From: the human T2T-CHM13v2.0 reference genome, Homo sapiens
Assembly: GCF_009914755.1 (NCBI RefSeq)
Contig: NC_060937.1
Length of the DNA stretch: 64,000 nt
Reading direction: 5' to 3' (one strand)
In this document: positions 18,895 to 30,764 of the stretch, piece after piece
Position numbering within the stretch: position 1 is the first letter of the stretch
Layout of the letters: each line of letters begins with the position of its first letter
The notes under the pieces: model-generated
What the model was told of the DNA's origin: nothing
The model's input: only the letters and a program-made list of their open reading frames with translations
Databases searched by the model: none
Position numbers and translations under genes: made by a program

Positions 18895-20469
18895 AATGGC
18901 AGTGTACTATTACAAATGGAGTTTGCTTTTAGAAACATCAAGACTTAGGATTGACTCATAGCTTGTCTCTGTGGTTGTGTGTACATCGATAAACTACTTA
19001 ACTTGAATACCTGGGTTATTCTTGAGGTATTCTTGAGGTAGAGATAATAACAATCTCCTTTAAGAGTCTCTGTAATAGAGTAAGATGCATGATTTTCCTA
19101 ACAGAGTGAAGATCAGGTGCACTCTTAACTGGATATGTTTTCTTACCTCTAGTTTGTTTCTCTGGGTCTTCTGAGTATCATTCACTTAAGAATTGACCCA
19201 ACAAAATCAAGTTGCATTCTAATGTTTAGTGATGTAGGTGTGATGCATGAGAAAAGTCCCATCAACCTACCTTGCTCTCTACTTTCAAAAGCAAGAGGGA
19301 ACTAAACCTTCTATCATGAAATGAGAACAACAATAAAAGAGCCAGATTTCTATCCAGACTTCTATTGGGTCTCACTCCTTTGTCATACTTCAGGAGTCTC
19401 TTGTAATAGAACAAGGACAACACAAATGTGACCTTTCTCTCCTGTGCTCCCAGCACCAGATACGTGTAGATTTTAATGTCAGACATTTAAAAGCTATGCT
19501 TCAGTTTGGAAAGCTGAAGCCAAATACTTTCATCCTCAAAATATGTTCCTCTCTACACACTACTTCCATCTTTCTAGAGCTTACCCAACATAAGGGCTTT
19601 CTCTCATCTCTAAGCAAGATTGTGTTTACATTTATATAGTCTTTCACCTCAATGAAATAGAAATTCAGCATTTTAGGAAACAGATTAAGCTGAAAAGATT
19701 TTGTTTCCTATCAAATATGATAGCAAGGAACATTCAGGTATTGATCAATCTTCCCTTGCTTTCTGCCTACATGAGAGATTCTTCAACTGTCCAAATCCTG
19801 GTGAACTCCACATATGAATGTATCTTTAGGAAATAGAGGTTGACCTTGTAGAAATTGTCTATTATGCAGGTAAGACTATACCTCTGAAGAACATTTGGAC
19901 AAGTTTGAAAAGTAGGAGAAATGTAAGTGCTCTGGCAACTGTGATCTCAGAGGAAGAGGGCCATTTTACTGATTATCTGAAAACATTGTATAATCATTTC
20001 TCTTGTTATCAATATATAATTTAGTTTGAAAAGGAGTAAACAGAGCTAGGCATGCTTGAAAACATCAGCCTCAGATAATTGAGCCCTTCCTCTGCCCCCT
20101 TCCCAGCTATTCTATCCCTTGCCACTCTCTTTGCCATGCCCTCAAGCATGGGAACACAGCAATACCAGGAATCTTAGGCCTTATAAAGGAGATTCTGTGG
20201 GGAAGACTTTTCATAAACTCCTCATGTATTTCTCCTCTATTACTAGGTTCACAACCTTCCATGTCTAATCTCCACCAAAGAAAAATGAAACATTAATTAT
20301 GTATAATAAGCATAAGTAGGAGCCAAAAATATTTGTTAATTATATTAAGAGGTTGTTCATATGTTGTAAGAAATAAAATAACTCATGTATTTTCAGATAT
20401 AAATTTTCATATCATATGCTGTATATAAAGAAACTAAAATATAATAATAGAAGAAGGACATTTTATCCA

Positions 20470-20890
20470 TGATATGGTTTGGGTGTGTGTCTCCTTCAAA
20501 TCTCACATTGAGACATGATCCCCAGTGTTGAAGGTGGGACCTGGTGGGAGATGTTTGGGTCATAGGGGTGGATCCCTCATGAACGGCTTGGTGTCGCCCT
20601 CATGGTAATGACTGAGTTCTCATTCTGCGTTCACATTAAATCTGGATGTTTAAAAGAGTGTGGCACCTCCCTCCTCTCTCTGTTGCTCCCTCTCTCACCA
20701 TGTGATACGCCTGCTCCCACTTCACCTTCTGCCATGATTGTAAGCTTCCTGATGCCCTCGTCAGGATCAGATACCATCACTATGCTATGCCATCACTATG
20801 CTTCTTGTACTGCCTGCAGAACCATGAGCCAAATACATCATTACCCAGCCTCAGGAATTGTTTTATGGCAGTTTCAAACAGATTAATACA
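20470..20890. mobile_element. MST (MSTB-like) solo LTR
   Basis: 'tgatatggtttgg...gattaataca'; TSD ATCCA / ATCCC. Confidence 0.88.
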
Positions 20891-22548
20891 ATCCCAGTTG
20901 GCCAAATCAGCAAAATCAACCCAAGCAGCCAAATATCTCATGTTGAAATGGTACTAAAATTTAGTTTTTCTGATGTAGGGCTTGGTTCTAAGTTTGAGAT
21001 AATGAATATCTTGAATCATATGTATGAATACATATTGGTATAGACACATTGTACAAATATAACATTTGATTTTATATTTTAAATCTTTGTTGATTTGTGT
21101 ATACAACATTTTTTAGTATGTGAAAAAATTTGACATATACGAAATGAAACTTGCATGTGCCAATGAGTGCTAAAAATACAAGACTTTTTAAATAAAAGTG
21201 TATCTTTCAGGAACAGTATACGATTCCTTTCACGATCTTCAATTAAACTACCAACAGAAATTTTCTGAGATGTTAATGTGCCAGTTTCTCTTATCTTTTG
21301 TTTGTGCTTTCAAGTAAGACTTTATTTTCTCTCCTTTAGAATGCCATCATGAATGCAGATATATGAAGACACTCAATTTTGAATCAAATATGTCAAAATA
21401 TATTCTATTAACTTTGTCTTTCTCTCATTTTAGAAATGATGTATGACTTTTACTCTGAGGGAATAATACATCATCATTCCTCAACATATCATATTATGTG
21501 TTTTCTATTAGGTTAATTTTTGAATAATAATATGAAGAATAAAATTAAAATTTGAGTGACAACAGATGTGTAAATAATAGCCCAGTACCATCATGCAATA
21601 TTCCATCTGGCAGAAAATTGGTATGAAACAAGTACTTTTAGAGAAAACATGAGCTTGTCAATCAGAATGCCTTTCCTGTTTCATGAGAAGCCTGTTTTGG
21701 CTACCTTAGAAATCTTCCGATATACAAGTATCAGTCTACTAATTTTAATTTTAACAAAGCTCTAGAAAGTCTACTCAAAAGATACATATATCATCAGTAT
21801 CAAAATTATATTCTCAATATTATGTAGGTACTTTTCTGTCAGATTTGAGAATTTGTTGCAGACTTCTGTGGAAAAATTGAGATCGCCTTGAACTATTGAG
21901 CAGGTTTGTTTTAGGAAGGTACTGCAAAAAAACACCTTTTTCCTCCCTAAATTAATAGAACTGACATTGATAGGCAAGCAGAATATTTTAAAAGCCAAGA
22001 ATAGCAGTGCCTAAAAACTTTGATATTATCTAGCACATCATTTTAACTTCACAGAAAATAAAACAGATTCACAAATATAATGATTAACCCAATACCAATC
22101 ACCTAGTATGGGCTCAATAAATATGATTTGCTAATATTTTGAAAATTTCACCAATTTTCACATGTTAAAAGTAATATGCAGAACACTGTGCTGTGAATTC
22201 TGGGGGCTACAGAGGAAACAAAGCAATATCTATTTCCAAGAATGAAATGACATTTACATAAACAACAGAATATTAAGTCATCAAACAGACACCTATTGTG
22301 TCCTTACAATGTAGTTAGCATTGTGTGAGTTAATGATGGAGTGATAGTGAACACAGCAGTCATGTGCATAGTTTTCTGGAATTTAGAGCCAATTGAGAGA
22401 AATTTGGTTAACAACTGAATATATAAAAATATGTAATTACACATTAAGGTAGGTGCTTTGAAGAAAACATGACATAAGAGAACATATTAAAGGGAACGTA
22501 AATTATACTAAAGTTTAGGGAAGCTTTCTTTCAAAAATGATCATAGAC

Positions 22549-23558
22549 TTTTACCTGAAAGGGGTCTCAATCCAGACCACAAGACAGGGTTCTTCAATAT
22601 TGCACAAGAAAGAACTCAGGGTGAGTCGACAGAGTAAAATGAAATCAACATTATTAAAGAAGTAAAGAAACAAAAGAATGGCTACTGCATAGGCACAGCA
22701 GTTTCGAGGGCTGTTAGTTGTCCATTTTTATGGTTTTTTATTGGTCATATGCTAAACAAGGGATGGATTTAAAAAGTTAAAAATTTTAAAAGTTACCTGT
22801 GTGGTCTAAAAAGGAGAGACCTTCAGTTCTGACAACTCCCTTTAAAAATGGGTGGGGAGTTCCCAGAACTGAGGATACCTCCCCTTTTAGACCATATAGG
22901 AGAACTTCCAGACATTGCCATGGCATTTGGAAACTATCATGGTGCTGGTGGGGGTGGCTTTTAGCATGCAAATGCATTATAATTAGCGTTTAATGAACAG
23001 TGAAGACTGCCAGAGGTTGCTTTCATTGCCATGTTGGTTTTGGGTGGGTTTTGCCTAGCTTCTTTACCACATCCAGGTTTTTTTTTTTTTTATACAGGGT
23101 CTTACTCTTTCATCCAGACTGGAGTGCAGGGGCATGATCTCAGCTCACTGCGCAAACTCCGCCTCCCAGGCTCAAGTAATTCTCCCGCCTCAGCCTCCCA
23201 AATAACTGAGACTACAAGCCCGCACCACTACCGCCCAGCTAATTTTTGTATTTTTAGTAGAGACGGGGTTTCACCATGTTGACCAGGCTGGTCTCGAACT
23301 CCTGACCTCAAATGATCCGCCCGTCTCAGCCTCTCAAAGTTCTGGGATTACAGGAATGAACCAACGTGCCCGGCTCATCTTGTTTCATCAGTGTGGTCTT
23401 TGCGACCTATATCTTTTGAAACCAGTCCTGCTGACCTCCTGTCTTAACTTGTGACTAACAAAGCCTAGCCTCCTGGAAATGCATTTCAGCAGGTCTCAGC
23501 CTCATTTTTACCCCGCCCCCTATTCAAGATGAAGTCACCCTGGTTCAAATGCCTGACA
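22549..23558 (-). mobile_element. MER41 (MER41B-like, ERV1) solo LTR interrupted by an Alu
   Basis: 'gaaaggggtctcaatccagaccacaagacagggttctt...aagaatggctact' and 'cccctattcaagatg...ggttcaaatgcctgaca' match the reverse complement of MER41. Confidence 0.8.
23078..23375 (-). mobile_element. Alu (AluS-type)
   Basis: Poly-T followed by a reverse-complement Alu ending 'aacgtgcccggct'. Confidence 0.95.
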
Positions 23559-24312
23559 GACTAAGATCTAAAACAAAACAAAACAAACACAGGTATGATC
23601 CTGAAACAGGAGAAAATGTTGTATGCTTTAAAATTTATAAAAAGATCAATGTGGCCAGATCTTAGAAAAACATGAAGAGGTTGACATGAGATGGGGATGG
23701 AAGATGGATGGGGATGGGGAGAGTTTACCTAGGGCATATCCGTAGCATGAATTTTCTTTAAGTTCAAAAACCATGACGGATGATCTTAATCCAACTCATA
23801 CTTTGTTGTTAAAAAATATATCACTATTACGAGTTTCAGTATTTGTTTTTTCCATCTTTCATCTGGCCTTAGAACTCAGCCTTAATGCTAGCTCAGTTCT
23901 GTTCTTATACAGATTTGGGAAGACTTCATAGAGCAATCAGATGTCAAGAACTAATCCCCCATTCCTCCACACACCTACACACTTTGATATCTAAGTGAAA
24001 TAAGACCAAAATAAGTTTTACCTTTAATTTGTCATTTTGGTCAGGCTAGCCCTGCCTATTGTTACCTCAGTCTAATCTTTTAAATTTGATGAATTTATCA
24101 ATATAACATACTAAGTAACTACCCAAAGTTGAAAAACAATAATGATTCTTAATATATGTTTTGAAATTAACACAACTCATTGATATTGAGGTGCTATCTC
24201 ATGTAGTAAAGCCAGAGATGCCAGGGATATGACTCTTGCATTGGCGGAGTTATCTCTACTTCTTAATAGATATCTTAGCAAGTGTTAAACATAATTGATT
24301 TTTTAAAAGTAT

Positions 24313-24670
24313 TGTATTTGTCTATTTTCACATTGCTATAAAGAAATACCCAAGACTGGGTAATTTATAAAGGAAAGAGGTTTAATTGACTCATAGCTCC
24401 ACATGGCTGGGGAGGCCTCAGAAAACCTACAATTATGGCTGAAGGTGAAGGGTAAGCAAGAACCTTCTTCACGTGGTGGCAGAAGAGAGAAGTGCAAACG
24501 GGAAATGCCAGATGTTTATAAAACCATCACATCTCGTAAGAACTAGCTCACTATCAGGAGAACAGCATGGGGGAAACTGTTGCCATGATCCAATCACTTC
24601 CCTCCCTCGACATGTGGGGATTCCAATTCAAGATGAGATTTGGGTGGGAACACAGAGCCAAACTTATTAG
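24313..24670. mobile_element. THE1/MSTA (THE1D-like) LTR
   Basis: 'attgctataaagaaatacccaagactgggtaatttataaaggaaagaggtttaattgactca...gagatttgggtgggaacacagagccaaac'. Confidence 0.88.
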
Positions 24671-25586
24671 ACATCAATCTTATTATTTCTGGGCCTGGTT
24701 CCAACACTCCCATGCAAATTGTTAAGCTTTGATAGAGTATTTTAGGCTGATGCCAAAATTTGCACTGAAATTTTTGTAATGATCTTCATAGTTCCTTCCA
24801 CACTCGTGTCCTGATTTATTAATACAGATAAATGGCATTCCAAATTGGTATTTGGCATCATGGTATAACAGAATATTTATGTGAGGAAAAAAGCCATGGA
24901 GGGTAACAGTCATCTTACTGATTCAGTCATAGAGAACAACTTTGAAGATGGGGGAGAAAGCCACAACCATGCACTTATCTGCTTCCAATGATAGTTCTAT
25001 TCATGAGCAAGCAAAATCTTATCAATGCGGAGGTGTCAATAAAACAGTTTTGAAGGTGAGTTTGGGACAATTAAAGAGAGAGCTCAAGAGCTTGATTGTG
25101 ACTCCTCTCACAGAGACCTATGTTAATACACCTTTAATTCTCTGTTAATCCACCTTTAATTCTCTGTTAATCCATTAGGATATGTCTTAAAATTCTCTCA
25201 GATTTTATTCACATGCTTGAAGGTCTCTGTTTCTCCAGCCTACAACTTCCAATATACTTACAAAATTAGCAATATATCATCTTCATTTACTTTATTGTAC
25301 TATAATTAAAATTAATAAAATTTAGAGTTTTATAGTTAAATTAAACAATCCGAAGTTTTATAGGGAAAAAAGTCAAAGTACCACGCATTTCCCATCTATT
25401 ATCAATCCAGTGTACAGATTACATAGGAGTGAACGCTGTCAATATTTTGGTGTGTGATGATGTTGTACTTTGAAACCTGTTCTTGCATGCATGCATAAAT
25501 TATGTATGTGTGCAGTCATGAGTGTGTCTCTATAATTTTTCTTGTTATTTTGTTATGAGAATTTTCAGATGTAAAGAAAATTTTAG

Positions 25587-25713
25587 GGACCAGGCGCGAT
25601 GGTTCATGCCTGTAATTCCAACATTTTGGGAGGCTGAGGCAGGTGGATCACTTGAGGTCAGGAGTTTGATACCAGCCTGGGTGACAGAGTGAGACTGTCT
25701 CAGAAAAAAATAA
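25587..25713 (+). mobile_element. Monomeric Alu (FLAM-like or recombined left/right arm)
   Basis: Left-arm start joined at 'ccagcctgg' to the right-arm end 'gtgacagagtgagactgtctc'; flanking repeat AAAGAAAATTT. Confidence 0.85.
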
Positions 25714-25924
25714 AAAGAAAATTTGGAAAAAGTTCTAAACAACTGACATTATGCTATGTTTGCTTTATTACATGTCAATCTGTCATGTCTTTATCCTCCA
25801 GCCCTCTGTCAAATCATTTTACCCTTTCAATGCATTTTAAGCTATGATGCAGATATCAGTATACCTTGTCCTTAAACATTTCGGCATGCAAATCATTACT
25901 CAGGGTTCAATATCTAGTCACTAT

Positions 25925-26200
25925 CCTTTCTTTTATAATTTTAAAAGTAAGATTTATTAATGCATAATTTAGATACAGTAAGACTTACTCTTTTAAGATG
26001 TATAGTTCTATGAAGTTTGACATTTCTGTCAAACTCAAGTTGTAGGATTTTCCCATTACCCCCAAAAGTTCCCCTGCTATCTCTTTGTATTTAGTTATTT
26101 TCCCCATTCTTAGCTCTAGCAATCACTCTTCATTTTTTTTCTTTTCATTTTTTGTTGCTGGGTCAAATAAATGAAGTCATAGGGTATCTATGTGCTTTGC
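25925..26200 (-). mobile_element. L1ME-like 3' fragment
   Basis: 'cttttaagatgtatagttctatgaagtttgaca...tttcccattacccccaaaagttcccc' resembles an antisense old L1 3'UTR. Confidence 0.55.
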
Positions 26201-26229
26201 CACATTCTGAAATATGAACTTTGTATTCC

Positions 26230-26640
26230 CTAAAATCGGCTTGTGTAAAATTCATTCTTTCATTTTCAGTAATCTGTTAAAATTTCCTTTTAAATTCTCT
26301 CTGTTCAATTCTGCTTTCCACTTAAATCCAGTTCTGTTTTCATACCACTACCTAGTTTTTACATTTAAGTAAGATCTCCATTATAATAGGATAAAGCCCA
26401 GCTTTAAAGGCCCTACCAGCTTGCTTTTGCCTTCCAATCTAACCAGAAAAATTTGTATTTCCTGAGGGCCATTATTGGTTTAGCTCTAACATCTTATAAC
26501 TTTTATTCAAGACAGCCTATAACTTTTCATTGTCTTGGTGAATCTCAGAATGCTTTGTTTTGCATTCTGATACCCCTTGATGAAGAGGAGGATCTGTTCA
26601 GTCTGTTGGGGGGCTGAGGATCTTATTTTTATTTGTCACT
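26230..26640. mobile_element. Old ERV1 LTR (MER34/MER4-group-like)
   Basis: Terminal 'ctgttcagtctgttggggggctgaggatcttatttttatttgtca'. Confidence 0.45.
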
Positions 26641-29059
26641 ATTCTTTATTGAGGCAGATGAGATAAACAGTAATACCCACTGTAAGGTTTTAAAAGTTTG
26701 CAAGAATCTACACATTTTTCTAAAGGCTAAATTTCATCCAAATTTTAGACTACAAACTATATTTCAGTAAATCCACATAGTAATAGTGACTATATATATT
26801 TAAGTGAATGGATACCTTGTGCATAATTTAGGAATTTGGACTCATAATGTCAAATAATGACATGTACATTCTTAAAGATATGATCATTTATATATGAAAT
26901 TTTATTCATATTAGCTAAAGATAGTTATGAGAAAGCAAACCTTTAAATAGTTATCATATATTAAAATGATATTTCCATTGGGTTTTGTCCATGAGGCAAA
27001 AAGACTCAGAATCGTGAACAGTCAGCAAACAGATGAAGGTGGGATTTGGGGGAAGCTGTAATAAGTTAAAAGCCTGGTGCACATGTGAGCATGAAAATAG
27101 GACAGAAATCTCAATAAAACCAGGAATAGGTTTGAATTAAGTCAAAAGGCCAGAAATCAAATGGAATAGGTGGTTGTCAGAAGAAACACTATACAGATTC
27201 AGGAGTTCATAAATAGGTTATTGAGTTATAATCTTTACAAAGTGTCAAATTTTGACACTGTGGAAGAGGTTTGGTCTATAGAATTAACAATAACAGTGGG
27301 TAAGAAATTGTAAGTAAGATTCTAGAGTAAATTTTATTTGCCTATTGACATTTCCTTTTCTCTTGCACAGATTTTCTCCTTATTTCTTTTTTTGTTTTAT
27401 TCACACTTTGTTCTTCAATATTGCTATGTATTCTCATTAGTTTAACATAAGAATAAAATAATTTTGTTTTTTCAACCTACAGAAATATGAGTATACAATT
27501 GTAGAGTATACAAATATAAAGCAATATACTATTAGTAAACATCACAATTGCACAGAGAGTACCTTCCTTTTGATAATTAAGAATTACTTTCTAGGTTGAA
27601 TACAATTAGTTTTTATTATTTAGTATTTCATTAGGAAAGGACATTGGTCTATGAAACACCTCTATCAATTGTGAAAACTGATAATTGAGTGTACCTGCAT
27701 GGTTTGATAATTGTTATCTAGGAATAACAGAATAATAAATTCATCTGTCTTCTAGAAATTTTTATATTTGTGCTTTTCCTGTTGTCAATATGATATCACT
27801 ATTCTCAGCATGACCACAAACAGAAAAGGCAAAACTAAAAGGACATTTTACCTGGCTTACTTTAAGTGCGTTTTCTTTTAGTCATGTTGAGATATCTGTT
27901 TCTTACTTTTTCTATATTATGTGATTTGGTAAAAATTTATGTACCTCCACGTACCTATAGTTACAAATTATGGGCATGGTATGAATTGCAACTTTAAAAG
28001 AAAGGCACAGTAATGTAAGAACTTTTGTAATCTTTTCCATGCCTTTCAGGTTAACCATAAAAACAAAAAAGAACTGTTTACTAAATTTTAATTGAACTTA
28101 TTTGCTTCATTGTATTGTAGTTTTAATAACGTAACAATAAACAATTTTAGAATGAAAATCATTATTGCAAAGCACAGAATACCAAAAATCATAATATATT
28201 TTAACCCTATAATTCTACAGCTGAACAGCAACAAGATGCATATTAATTCCTGTTGAAAGTAAGCTCTCTGAGGTACTGAAACATGATCTCCTGGGTCCAT
28301 GCTTGGGCTTGGGCCACAGTGTCCCTTGCCTTCTGTTTCAGTCAGATGGCTGCCAGTATTTTTAAAAGACAAAAAAACTGAAGTGATGATAATTATAAGT
28401 AATACATTCAAATAACACAATCAAATTTCACTTAAGTAGTAGCTTTCTGAAAATACACTCACTAACTAGAAAAAGCATAATCATAAACAATCATTAGTGA
28501 CTCTGTAAACTAACCTGTGTTTCCAGCATGGCCAGTTGTTTTTTGCTAAGTTTTGGATACACATTTCTTTATTAACTTAAAGAATATATCTCAGTTATCA
28601 TAGATTATAGTGAGCTGAAATTAGGTTAAAATTAACAAGGTATGATAAAGGTCATCCTATCTAAAGAGTCAGCACTAGCTAGGCACTGGAATTGCTGAAT
28701 CTGTGGAAATCCAATCCACAGAAGACTGGAGTGGTGATTGTCAACAGAGTCCCTAGCAATAGGATGGTGATTTTCAATTAACCTAGAACAGCAGGGATTT
28801 TAGTAACTATGCAAATTACTTTATGGTGCAACTGAAAAGTTGATCTATTTCTTATTTGTGTGTGTATAATATACTATACATACACATGCACATAAATGTA
28901 TGTGTGTAAATACATGTAGCGTGTGAGATAAAAATGTAGACCACAAAGTATTTTCCGGCTCTGTGTTAAACAATGCTAATAATTAGAAATAACTTATCAA
29001 CTTGCTCCAGGAAATAACTATTTCTAGAAGACAAGTAAAACAACAAACAGCTTACCTGT

Positions 29060-29345
29060 CAGATACATGTGCTCACCAAGACTGAGTTCGAGGCCCTCTC
29101 CTCTCTTTTATCTTCAATCCAAAGATATTATGCCAAATTCTGACCATCTCAAATAATTGTTTTCCCCTCTAAGACTCTCCTTAAAATCATCCACTCTTGA
29201 ATCTAAAACCCAGTAAACACTTTTTCCTAACCTTTTTTTATTTTGAAACATTTCCAAGATTATGTAAAGGTGTTCTTCTCCTAACTGCAGTAGATTGAAT
29301 ACACACTGCTTCACTGTTGGATTTTCATGTTTTCAGGGAGATTGT
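29060..29345. mobile_element. Old ERV1 LTR fragment (MER67/MER31-like)
   Basis: 'ccttaaaatcatcca...ctaaaacccagtaaa...ttccaagattatgtaaaggtgttcttctcctaactgcag', similar to 61300-61460. Confidence 0.4.
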
Positions 29346-29494
29346 GTGAATGAGTGTGTTTGCATGTATACATATATTTATATATTTTACATATGGCCAT
29401 ATTTAAATATAACCATAAATAACAGCTAAAACTATATGCATGTATTGAATGTTTATAAATTGCCAAAACACATGCCCCACACTTTGTCTCTTTA

Positions 29495-29670
29495 ATTCTG
29501 TCATAAACCTTATCAAGTAGGTATTAATGTTACAAACATTTTATAGATGAAAAAATTTAGACTTATAGATGTGAAGTGATGTGCCTACTATACCAGGAAT
29601 ACATGCCAGAATTGGTGTCTAAGCTTTGCAACTCTAGAGTCCAAGTGTTAATCCGCACATCCATTGCCAT
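29495..29670. mobile_element. MIR
   Basis: MIR core 'cattttatagatgaaaaaatttagacttatagatgtgaagtgatgtgcct'. Confidence 0.6.
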
Positions 29671-29721
29671 GAAGAAACATAACAGTAGCCTGGGGCAAAA
29701 GGAAAAAAAGATGTGTCTTCT

Positions 29722-30204
29722 GTGTGTTTATTGCCACACTATTACAATTGCAAAGACATGGAACCAACCCAAATGCTCATCAATGATAGGCGAGATAAAG
29801 AAAATGTGGTAAATATACACCATGGAATACTATGCAGCCATAAAAAAAGAATGAGATCCTATCCTTGCAGTGACATGGATGAAGCTAGAGACCATCATTC
29901 TCAGCAAACTAACACAGGAAGAGAAAACCAAACCCCACAAGTTCTTACTCACAAGAGGGAGTTGAACAATGAAAACACATAGACACAGGGAGGGGGGACA
30001 GCACACACCGGGGCCTGTCAGGGTGTGGGGTGCAAGGGGAGGGAGAGCATTAGGACAAACACCTAATGCATGTGGCGCTTAAAACCTGGATGACGGGTTG
30101 ATAGGTACAGCAAACCACCATGGCACATGTATACCTATGTAACAAACCTGCACCTTCTTCGTAAATATCCCAGAACTTAAAGTAAAATCATAATAATAAA
30201 AAAA
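29722..30204 (+). mobile_element. 5'-truncated L1PA 3' end
   Basis: ORF2 C-terminus remnant (IAKTWNQPKC...KKMW), G-rich 3'UTR, 'cccagaacttaaagtaaaat' and A tail. Confidence 0.92.
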
Positions 30205-30764
30205 GAATGCATCTTCACTTAAAATTTTGATATTTGTTCATCATGGATACTTTTATTGATTTTTACTTTTAAAAATACTACATTAAGTATTTACATTGAT
30301 AATTGAATTTAGCACCCCATTTTTTTTAAAGGACTCTCATGTACCTCCTGTTTAAAGTACATCATTAAATTTTGTGCCCAAAGCAAATGCCTCATTCACT
30401 TGTCTTGCCCAACCCTAGTACTGGCTCCGTGACATATTCACTGCCATTGGCACTGGAGGAATGAAGGAATCTCATGGAAGTTTCTGACCAACTACTACTG
30501 GTGAATGATTATGAGCAACTCATAAAACTTACCTGGGCCTCAGTTCCTTCATCTAGGAATTGAGAGTCATAATGTAAAATAGACAATGTCACTATGGAAA
30601 TTCAATCTGTAGTATAAAGTGCTTTATACAGATTACTTAAATATTATGAACTTAATTTTAACTAGATCTAATAATACAGTAAAAGAACAATGAAGAAAGG
30701 TGGGTTTGCTGGTCATTAGCCCTTACCTTTGAGCATTATCTTAGCACACTAAAATAAACCCTAG

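Noticed and set aside
25129-25174. Short tandem duplication 'cacctttaattctctgttaatc' x2 (similar one at ~6124-6173)
   Set aside because: Ordinary slippage duplication with no associated structure
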